Source: the human T2T-CHM13v2.0 reference genome, Homo sapiens. Taken from it: 64,000 nt of DNA. Below, piece by piece: positions 50,174 to 64,000 of this stretch (position 1 is its first letter; each line of letters begins with the position of its first letter). Where the stretch lies: assembly GCF_009914755.1 (NCBI RefSeq), contig NC_060931.1; one strand, 5' to 3'. The notes below the pieces were generated by a model. The model made no database searches, was not told the DNA's origin, and worked only from the letters and a program-made list of their open reading frames with translations. The translations under genes were made by a program, and so were the position numbers.

Positions 50174-53100
50174 GCCTTTCCTAGACATTTGTGAAGAAGC
50201 AGGCCCTCCTTTAGTTAGATGAGGTGCTTGGGAAGCTTTCGGTCATTCACTACTATGGGCTGAAAAGAGTGCCACTGAGTGTGCAGGGAGAGAGCCGCAG
50301 AAGGGGGTGGGGTAGCAGAAAATCTTAATAACAGCATTTACTCAACTTTCTCCATGTAGCCTATCTGGAGATCTGTTTACTCATAGAAGTGCCAACAGTA
50401 GAACACCTTTTCTTTTGGGCTTGAAACTCAGAAAATTCAGTGCAGTTGAAAATATTTAATTTACGAACTTAAGATATTTTTAATATGGAAACTTTCATTT
50501 ATATAAAACATTGTACACATCAATTGGATGTGCATAATTCAGGTAAATAAAGGACCCCTTAATATGATGCTAGCATTGTATAGGCATACTTGGTATAAAA
50601 AGCACTTTGACTTTATCAGTAGAATACTCATTCTTTAAAAGTCCAGTTTTGGGGGTGAAGTTTATTTTTCTTTTTATTTGCACTGCTTTATCCATTATCT
50701 TTTTTTATCTGTCCAGTGAAAAATGCTCTGAGCAATTCACTCTTATCATGATCCATTTAGAGTACTTTTCATCCCAGAAATCTCAAACACAACAAAACTG
50801 GTTAAGTCAAACATTTTGTGGAGGTAGACCTGAGTAATCATTTTATTACAATGGAGCTGCAGTTATCTTTGAGCTGGGGCACTAAGGCCGTTTAATAACT
50901 TAAGGTAACAGCTCTGAAATATTCAATTTGATATTTGTATAGAAAAAGCACATTTCTTGGAACTAGGGTGGGATGAAAAGATAGGAGTTATGATTGCAAA
51001 AGTAGCAAAGGCTTTCAAAAATAGCACAAGTTGTTGGTCACTGGTTTTGGCAATGCAACTGAATGGCCTTTGTCTCCCAATAGAGGGCTAGGCACACTGA
51101 CTTGGATCTAGCATTCAGAGGTGGTTCATCTGAGTTAGGAAAACTATTTAATTCCCCATGTAGGTTCAAACTTCTTCCCATGTGTTTATGAGGCTGAACT
51201 AACTAGGCCCAAGCTAAAATGTTTAGGAGCCCATTTAAATCAACAGTGAGCTTATCTAGGGAGAGAGAAGAGGGAAAGTGGGTGTGAAGGGTAACAGGAT
51301 AAATAGAAAAAAGGTTTCCTCCCATGCTGAAATTAATTATAATATCCCCTTGCCCTCAAGAAAAATGTGTTTGGAGTTAAAGAGCATCCCCAACAAAGTA
51401 AATCTCAAAGGATTCACTAGTAGGCAATTATATAAATATTCTGAATAAATTAAAAATCCCCAGAGGGAAAAACTATTTTCCACTTAATTCCAACCTAATA
51501 AGATTTTTGGTTTATTTCCAAATGATAGGGCAGATCATAGACTTCTACACGTTTTGTTTTTATAATTAAGACATTAAAATATGTTTATTCATTTAACTTA
51601 AACATAACTAGCTAGGAAAACGCCTTAAGTATCCACTCAAATCTATTCTCTATGAGACAAATTTAATATACCACAGCTGAAAACACTTCAAGTTCATCTA
51701 ACTAGGAAGTAAATGGGATTATATTATTATATGTCTTTGCAAACTGAAATTGAGGCATATTCTTCATCCTAAATTCGGATTTCATCTTCTTGAAAGGAAG
51801 GTTTGGCTGTGGTACTATTTACAAAACCTTTATTCTTCTTAAAGATATATAAATATTCCAAATTCTAAAAATACCCCTTGTGGAGTTAAAAGAAAAGTAA
51901 TTGACAGACAGGAATTCAGAGCAATGATCCACCTCTTGCAAGGAAATAGCAAGAGTGAAGCTTCAGTCATCTTTAATAACATCCTAATTCCAAGATCTAT
52001 TTAGAGTTTTAAAGTTCATTGATCCTAAGCCACTGTATTTTATGATCTGACAATATTGTATGCAGAGATGCAGAAAACCAATTCTGAAGCCAAAGCCAGA
52101 TTATTCAAACACTGTGAGCTGCGTAAAACTTGGCCCACAACGTACATGCACAAGGGCAGATGGTATAATTTTATAGGCATTTTTACCATCTGCCCTAATT
52201 ATATCATTTTAATAGATTAAAACAAACAGAAAGAAAATACAAAACCTTTCTCTACAGCTGTGTTTACTACCTTTACCTTTTATAAAGAAAAAAATTCTTA
52301 AACAGGCAACCCCAGCCTGAGATAAGAGGTTTCCCTGCTGTGTTACACAGCACAATCAGTCGAAGCTGCAGTGCCCACCTGGACTTGCATCCCTCTGTGC
52401 TCCTGCAGAATAAAATTAAGGCAACAGAAAGGAAAAGTCAATAGCTTTCCAAGTGAAGTGTAGCTGACAGCAATGGAGTCACTTGTAAAAATTGTGGGCA
52501 GAAAAGATACGTTATTTGCAGCAAGAAGCTTAGTAATACTCAATGTATATAGCCCATGGGCAGTTAAGCAAAATTTTACTTTTTCAACATTAAGTCTTCA
52601 GTTTTATTTTATTTTACTGTTTCAACATAGCAGGCTCTTGGATGGTACATGTAGCAAAGTATAATAAACATATACCTTAGTATAATTTATTGCTGCATCC
52701 TGATTTATAATTTTGGGCATATAACTGCATGTGTCCAGTAGTTTGTGTGCATTCCCCTGTTGATGCATGCGTTTCAGTTGGTTACTTAGCGAATCAAGGA
52801 ACACTGTAGTTGTTGCTCCAACTTTTGGACAGACCTCACTTTGCAGACAACCTACTATGCGTCTGCATGCACCACTATTAGTCTAAAATGAGGTTTAGGG
52901 ATGTCTGGAATTTTTCTTACAAGTTCCAGGAATCCTTGGAGTTAGAGAAGGAAAAGATACTTATGACACTCGGGATGTTAGCAAGGTATATACCAGCATT
53001 GCATTAAATAATTTCTTAGAATAAAAAAAGCAAAATTGGAAATCAACAAATCAGATAAACAAAAACTATAGGCAAGAAAAACTGTCTTCATACATGAAAA

Positions 53101-54825
53101 AATTCAGAATGTACCATTATTCCCTACAGTTCTCTGTTGCCTTCTTTGTTATTTGAGTCTCTAGCTGCTTCATGGGTACACTGTTACAGCCTTTTTACAC
53201 ATGCCATTCAAGAGATTCAGACACATTTAGGGTTATGTTATAGAGTAACTGTGCTAGGTTGCTAGCAGTTAACCTGCATAGCAAACTTGGAGAGGATAGG
53301 AAGAATGTTTTAGCATCAGGATAAATAGATGAACCAAAGAGGATATCATATTTGCTAAAGTGATAATACTTTTAATGGAATTATTCCTGAAGCCTGTTAA
53401 TTTGGCACAAAAATAGGGCGGAAAGTATCTAATAATTAAAATTGCCTGGTAAGTCTTCCTAACTTATAAGAATAATGGAAGAGATTAGAAGAGAAATAGG
53501 CCAAAGAACAGAAAGCAAAATGATAGAAATAGATCTACTTTGCACTCTGAATTAAAATAATCACTGGGGAACATTCAGGAAAAAGTACTTGTCCACCCGA
53601 GGACTGTCTTTTAGGGAACACTTCTCAGAGAAGTTGGAATGAAAGTCACTTCTTTGTGACTCCCTTTTACTAGGGTCATTAAAATTCAACATGGCCTTAA
53701 AAATCACAGTTTAGGAAAAATGTTCTGTAAATGTTTCGAGTACGTTATTGGGCTCCATTCCTCTTCAGAGTCTTATGGCGAGTATTTGGCATGTCTTGCA
53801 AATTTTATAGACCTTTAAATGGTTTTTCCCAAAGGGATTTCACATATAATTCACTTATACTTTCACAGTGCCTTGAGAAGCAGCTATGTCTGCCTGTTTT
53901 GGGTGGTCCTCAACTTTTATATATTTGCCTTTCATTTAACTTGAACTTGCTCATATTCCATATTGGCATTCCTACCTCACCCTTTATTGGTGGGTTTGAG
54001 TGGTGATGTGGTGGCACTGCCTGCCAGCTACTGCTGTTGGGAGTAAAGTGCCTGCCTGGCCTTTGAACAGTGCCAAGTTTGTATTCCCTCTGTCTCACAC
54101 TATGCCTAGGAATATCTGGGCATGGAATTTCCAGCTCAATGCAGGGCTGCCATCTCCCCCTCTCTTGCCTAATCCCTCCCATCACCATCCTTGCAATTGT
54201 CACTTTCTCCATGGGCATGGAGGCTAACCACTGGGCTTGCCTAGCCTCCTGCTCCAGTCCCTGCAGATCAGCGTGCTCCTGAAAATGAGAGATGCCTGGC
54301 TCAGTGCTCCCATGTCTATGAAAGACAAATGGCCACCTCATCTGCTCTCCAGGGATTGGGCCAGAGGAGATAACACTGATAAAACTTGCAATTAGGAATT
54401 TTATATTTGGTTAGCGCTTTGATAATGGATATCCACTTTCAAATACATTTGTTTTGAATGAAAGGTATTCCTTGAATACCTAATTGACAGATTAATTTAC
54501 TGAGGCCCAAATAATCCACTTTTATAATAATAATTCCTTGCATTTGCTTAGAGTTTTAAACTTTTTTTTAATTCCAGAAAGTTCTCGTATAATTGATTGT
54601 TTACTCTCACAATATTCTTGAGAGGCAAGTAAGGCAGGAAGAAACCTGATTTCCCAACTTTCTATTTGACATACACTATGTAAATTGTGTTGTTACCTAA
54701 GAGTAGTTAAAATTTCCCATGGTCAAAATGCTCTCTGTATGCACATACAAAAAGAGTTGGTCATGGACTGAAGTAAACTTATTACTGTTTTAATATTAAA
54801 CAACAATAACAACAACAACAATTCA

Positions 54826-55186
<361 letters not shown>

Positions 55187-55227
55187 TTACAGCAGCCTGT
55201 AAGGAGGTGCCATTATTATCCATTTTA

Positions 55228-55605
<378 letters not shown>

Positions 55606-55823
55606 GAAATTTAACTATTATCCTGTGGCTAATAAGTTTATTGCATAGGAGTTCTCTAAAAACCAGAAATCCTATACCCTGTGGAAAACAAAAGCATAGA
55701 ATTGAGGCTTTAAATACCAGAATAACGTTTCTGTTGCTACTCTCCTTTTTTTGTGTGTTCTTAGACCTAAAGACACATACAATAAGCTGTGGCTGTTTTA
55801 GTTGTAGTTGTTTGGTTTTGTTT

Positions 55824-57927
<2,104 letters not shown>

Positions 57928-58328
57928 ATGATAGTTTGTTTATATCAACAGTTTCGTTTCCCTTTAAGCAGTTTCACTTTTCTTTAGAATCCAATTGTTG
58001 GGTATTAGTATCCACATCTGAGGAAATTGAATGGAAATATACTGTAAATCTGAGGTAGGGCGTTTTTTAGTGTTGGAACAAGGAAAATTCAGGGAAAAGT
58101 TTCTCTTAATAGCTGTTTTATAACTGATGTTAAATGTCGATGAGCAATTGGTCCCTGGAAACAACTGATGACAAACACACATAAAACTAAGCAGCAGATC
58201 TTGTCCCACCGTTTGCCCCCATTCTTTATTTTCTCTTGTTTTTCACATACGTGTCTCACACATCTATCTACAGACTATTCTGGCAAAATGTTCACACTGT
58301 TTCTTTAACAAAGTTACGTATAGAATGA

Positions 58329-58648
<320 letters not shown>

Positions 58649-59316
58649 CCAAACTGGGACATTTTTGAAAGTGAAAAGGGGTTGATAATTACTGGGACAA
58701 TAGGAGTAAATTGGAATAGTCCTGGCTAAACCTTGATTTTGTGGCATATTTCTCATACACTCCAAAGTCCTTCGGGAGGCCATCTTGGAAAGTCCTGTCC
58801 AGTAGCCTGGCATCATGGAAACTTGCCTGGTTAGCAAAGCTTAGGTTTTTTTTAGTTGCCTTGGGGTTGACTTACATAGCCTATCCTCAGTAGGTTAGGG
58901 ATGGTCCGGACCACCACCTGTACATATGCAGGTTGTGCAATACATGAGTGTGCAATGGTGAAGGGGAGTGGGAGGTGGAATCCAGCCCACACTATACTTG
59001 CCCAGCCAAATACCCAAGTGAGGGACTGCATCTGCACTGAGAAAGGAGCATCTATTTCCCACTCACACAAAAGTTCCCCAGGGAATGGTAGACTCTCTGA
59101 GTACAACAAAGTTCACTTCCTTATCTAACATTTTCCTAATTGTTCACTCTATATCCTTTACTTCATTTTGATTATTATCTTTTTAATAGTTTTGGCAGAA
59201 ATTGTGCCTCTATATTTTTTAAAACACTTAATCTGAATGCCTCACATAATAGAAAACTTTAGAGAATTGAAACCTGAGGCTTCCAAATGCACAAAAGTAT
59301 AAGTATACTAAAAGAT

Positions 59317-59460
59317 TTTTTTCTTTTCTTTTCTTTTCTTTTTTTTGAGACAGAGTTCTGCCATGTTGCCCAGGCTGGTCTGGAATTCCTGGGGCTCAAA
59401 GGGTCCACCTGCCTCGGCCTCCCAAAATGTTGGATTACAGGTGTGAGCCACTGTGCCTGA
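59317..59460 (-). mobile_element. Alu monomer (FLAM/AluJ left arm)
   Basis: Single reverse arm with T-rich tail. Confidence 0.8.
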
Positions 59461-62400
59461 TCTGTTTCCTTTTCATCTCAGAACTTCCTAAGGTTTTTCG
59501 AAATCTTGTATATAGAGAAGATAAATGCTTCTGCCTACAGTGACCATGCATTAACGCACTGTATTTCTTTTCTTACATGAGGTGTGCCATGTATAACAAA
59601 GATTTCCCTTACTGCCTAGGTTTCCTCAAAGAGTGAAACTTTGAGGACTATTATTTTTCACAAAACTTTTTAAACGTACTCCTGCCCTTGCAAGAGAAAT
59701 GACTATCTGGTACAATTAACGTTGGACCATAGACCCAAAGAACAGTGAATATTTCAAACACAAATTGCTTTTGAGAATCATAGTCCTATTCTGGGCTTGA
59801 AGACATTCATGTAGGAAATTAACAGAAAATTTTAATAAAGACTCTTTGGATAAAGAAAATTAGATGAGGAATGCCAGTTTGTCTTTTAAGTTGCTTGAGC
59901 AGATCTGTCATAACAGACATTGCCCCAGATTGTGGAACCCTTTCCTTCTTACATCTTTTAATGGTAGTAGAACTTACAATACCATAATTTCCTTTCATTT
60001 TTGACAGTGTTATACTATCTTTTTAGATTTACACTGACAGCATTTCATCTTGACATCATTAGATCATCTCACCTGACTTTTGCATGGTGCACATCATTAC
60101 ATTATGATGGTGCTATACAATTACCAGTGAAATGAATAGGGTATTAACATGATTACTGAAAAAACGTTAGCACATACAGATATAGCATTCTGTAATTGAA
60201 AGCATATTATAGCTATTAATTGGTCTGCCCAACACTCCTGGGATCCAGTGAAACTTCCTTTTTTTTTTTTTTTTTTTTTTTTTACCAAGTTGGATAATGA
60301 AAGGGAGTGACTTAGACAATATTACAGAACTAGGCAGTGGCTGAACTTTTCTTAACTTCCTTGATGTTTTTAAGCCTAAGAAAGTTGGGTGTGAAGATTT
60401 ATAGTAACTAATCACTGTCTTGAAAGGGCAGACAAGTGAGAAAATTCCACAAGAATACCACTTTTTCTAGTTTCCATTTCAGGACTATCATGGCAATTAT
60501 TGAGAATCAATTCTTCTAGGTTTTGTGAGAGTTTTGGGAGACAAGTAATCTGGAATTATTTAAAGTGTCCACCTTAAATGGAATTGATTTGGTCTGAGAA
60601 AAATCACATAACTTTTAAAAGTTAATCATTAATCAGGAAATGTTGTGATCAAAGGTTGATACAGAAACAACTTTAGAACTATAGAAATCTTGATTATTGA
60701 AAAGCCTCTATACTTTCTTCGTATATTTTTCTAAAATATTGATAATGCCTTACCAATGACATCCTAGACTTGAGAGACTCAGTGTTGTCTTTGAGGAGAG
60801 GATGAACTGACTCCTTTTTCTAAATCATATAATTCATCCTGAGTTCCAATTTTAAGGTGACTAAATAAATTAATTGTATGAATTAGTTAAAATTTTGCAA
60901 ACTTTTTGAGCTTCACTTTGTTTTCTCATTTCTTCTCATTTGTATGAAGTGAATATGTATCATAAAGATTATCATGAGGGTAAAATGAGATAACAGATAT
61001 AAAACTCTCAGCTTAATGCTTGGGCACAGTAGACACTCAATAAAGTGGAGCAGTTCCTATAATTCAGGAGACCTTGACTGGTCTGGGAACTAGAGCAGAA
61101 ACTTTGGCGGCTTGAAAGTGGTAGTTCTTAGGGGACATTTCTTCACTCTTGGCCCTTCTTCTGCTACGTTTACACTGCCTGGAGAAGTCACAGGGATCAT
61201 GATTTTCCTTGAATGTTTTCTGCCATGACTCAGCAGTAAAACAGCAGTATCAGTGGATGGAGCTGGTAGATGGATCAGAATCAGCTTATCTGACTTTAAC
61301 TAATATTGTTTTATCGAATTTTCCCCCACCCACCTGCAAAAGGAAGAAACCAAATGAGAGGAATACAAATTTTCACTGTAATTGAATCAAATCATAACAC
61401 CTGGAATTACGCATATGTCTATCTTGATTGGCCTATTTACAGCCATATATATTTTGTGGCAAACTAGTGTGTTTAAGAAATGGGCTTTTGAGGTCAGGAA
61501 TATTGCATCATTTATATTTTAAGCACAATTTTCAGTCTTTCCTTAGACCTTGGAATTTACTCTTTTCTCTTCACTCGCAGCCTGACTACCACTCAGTTCA
61601 TCTCATCCCCCATATTGCAATAGCCTCCAACTGGTCTTTGCACCTTCAGGCTCTCCAAGCTCCACTCCAGTCACCTATCACAATGATCGCTATTCCCTAT
61701 AGGTCAAGTCTAAACTTCACATCGTGGCACAAAAGTCTTCCAGAATCTGCTCCAACCCTAACAATCTAGTATATCTCCATCTTTTTTAGCTTCCAAATCC
61801 ATCTCATTTCTTCAGCCAAGTTGATTTTCTCCCTGTTGCCTGATCATATCGAACACTTTTCCAGGTCTACCTCGTTGACTGTTCATTCTCTTACCTATCT
61901 CTGCGTTCAGTGTCGAAAACAGAAGTCATTCTAAATGTTTTAGGCAGCAAGGAATTGAATGCCAGGGACTGGGTGCTTACAAAGTGTCAGAAGGGTTGGA
62001 GGAAGGGTCTAAGCTGGGCCTCTAATGACAACTCCTGGAGCACCAGGAAGGGTGCTACCAGAAAGACTGAATTCAGAACCCACTGCTGTAGCAATAACCC
62101 CAGGATCAGAAGCTGCTGCCATTACTGCTGCTATAATTGCCTCCCAACGAAAGGAGCTGGGGGAAAACGAAAAACAAAAAAACACTGGAATGTGATTGGG
62201 GAGAAAACACAAAAATTTATATTTCCATACCCTGTCACTATCAATAAAAGCAAAAAGGTGTGTGAAAATGGCCTCTCACTTCTGTTTTCTACATGGGATA
62301 CAAAGCCATTTACTCTGCACTGCAAAATCCTAGTTGCAAAGAAGTCTTGGTGTACATGAAGGCAACTAGAAGTGAGGTGGATGAACATTAAGAGAGACTT

Positions 62401-63559
62401 CTTCCTTCCCCTCTGTTACCAAAATCTTGTATATCCATTTCAAGGATCAGTTCAAATATTGTATCCTCCAGGAAACAGCAAGCAATGTCAATGGTAGATC
62501 TTTATGCTTCCTAATCACCCTTAACCCACATTGCAGAGATGGTCAATATGCAGTTTACTTAGCCATACCCTGCCTTCCTACACCTCTAGTGGTCATCCCA
62601 CTTGAATTTCAAGATTAAAGCACAAGATTTACTCAGCCTGGAATTGGCCTCAGAATCCTTCTTACCACAATACTCAAGTCAGCCTTAATCAACTGATGGG
62701 AGATGATGCTTCAGATAAGCCCTGTTTGCAAGCCCTGAAGTCTATTCTTCAGGCATCTAGACAGCTTTTGATTAAATATATTAGATAGCAATTCTGACTT
62801 GATCGTTCCCTAACCTCAAAGCATGATGGTCTGAAATAAGGATACTGGTGGATTTGTGTGTTGCAGGGGGCGGGAAGTAAATAGTCCTGAATCATAGATT
62901 TTAGATCTGGAAATGGCTTCAAGAAATACCTTGGTACAGCTCTTTGTCTGTAGGCAGGAAAGCTTTTATATCTGAGTTTAAAAATGAATAAACTGAGGGC
63001 CAGAGAAATTAAGTAACTTTCTGAGTTTACACAGATATATTTTGTTATCTGATAACAGCATATTACACTTCAAGATGGAATTACTAATGAATCTACTTCT
63101 CTCATCTTTTGTGCTTCTTTATTATTGATAATTCATCACAGTCTATAAAATACAAATTTAGTAACTGAGTTTTTCTCCTTTTCATTATCTTCGTTTCTAC
63201 CAGGAAATAATCACAAATGGCAACAAAACAAAACAAAAAAATACCTAGCATAAGAGTACAGGTTGTAGAATACTGTTTATTACCATGTTCAACCTTGAGA
63301 AAAATTGCAAAATAGGTGAAATTTATCTAAATTGACTTCTGTCTTTAAGTATGTCTTTTTTCCTTCCTGTAGGTTCCTAAGACTTTTATGAATATTTAAG
63401 GTTTCCCACAGGCTCTTTATCCCTGGAGAACTGTCTTATACCTAGAGCTTTTTCATTTACATATTTTCTATTCATCAGGGCACTCATCACCTTTATGAGC
63501 TACTAACCTAAAACTGATGAAGTAACAAGAGTTTTGTGTACCTTTGCCTTGCCATAATC

Positions 63560-64000
63560 TACATCTTACTGACTTCTCCTGATAAAAAATTGCCACCAAC
63601 TTAGTGCCATAAAATAACACAATTTATTATCTTACAGTTCTGTAGGTCACAAGTCTGGTGTGGGCCTCACCAGCCCAAAATCAAGGTGCTGGCAGGCTGT
63701 GCTCCTTCTGGAGGCTTTAAGGGGGAATTATTTCCTGCTTGTGGGGTTGTTGAAAAATTTGATTCCTTGTAGTTGTAGAGCTGAGGTCCTGGTTTTCTTG
63801 CTGTCTGTCAGCTGAATGCTGATCCCAGGTTCTACAAGCTGCTATGTTCCCTAGCTCATGGTTCGCTTCCTCCACCTTTAAAGTCTGCAATGGTGAATGG
63901 AGACCTTCTCACATCACAGTTCTCTGAGCTACTCTTCTCCTTTTAAGGGCTCATATGATGAGATTAATCCAACTCAAATAATTCAGGATAATCATCTCAC
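63560..64000 (-). mobile_element. MLT1 (MaLR) LTR, running off the window end
   Basis: CCAACTTAGTG...AAAATAACACAATTTATTATCTTACAGTTCTGTAGGTC...AAAATCAAGGTG, typical of MLT1 in reverse. Confidence 0.75.

Overview
Human-type (Alu- and LTR12-bearing) genomic DNA containing the convergent DLX6 (+) / DLX5 (-) homeobox bigene cluster, recognised from the proteins as the 7q21 SHFM1 locus. Both three-exon CDSs rebuild cleanly from GT-AG sites: DLX6 27634-28069/29294-29487/31452-31703 (293 aa, with a huntingtin-like Q19-P9 CAG/CCG tract) and DLX5 46294-45940/44046-43862/42742-42413 (289 aa). Between them lie the I56i and I56ii enhancers and the 5' exons of the antisense lncRNA DLX6-AS1 (Evf2 orthologue); its predicted exon 2 (33959-33481) covers almost all of I56i. 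A roughly 43 kb Alu-free, CpG-island-rich core is flanked by Alus, MIR/L2/MER/MLT fragments and a solo LTR12C. This is a well-studied locus and I found no new protein-coding system. The best leads are regulatory: (1) a motif grammar (paired TAATT plus TCCACTTTTA, sometimes with CAGCGTTTTTA) shared by I56i, the DLX6-upstream element and two unannotated sites; (2) a perfect double-E-box inverted repeat upstream of DLX5; (3) a Kozak-flanked antisense polyGly/polyCys ORF over the DLX6 repeat; (4) a minimal DLX5 uORF; (5) parallel Pumilio elements in both 3' UTRs; (6) a (CG)10 Z-DNA tract. Enhancer names and repeat subfamilies come from recognition, not database searches.
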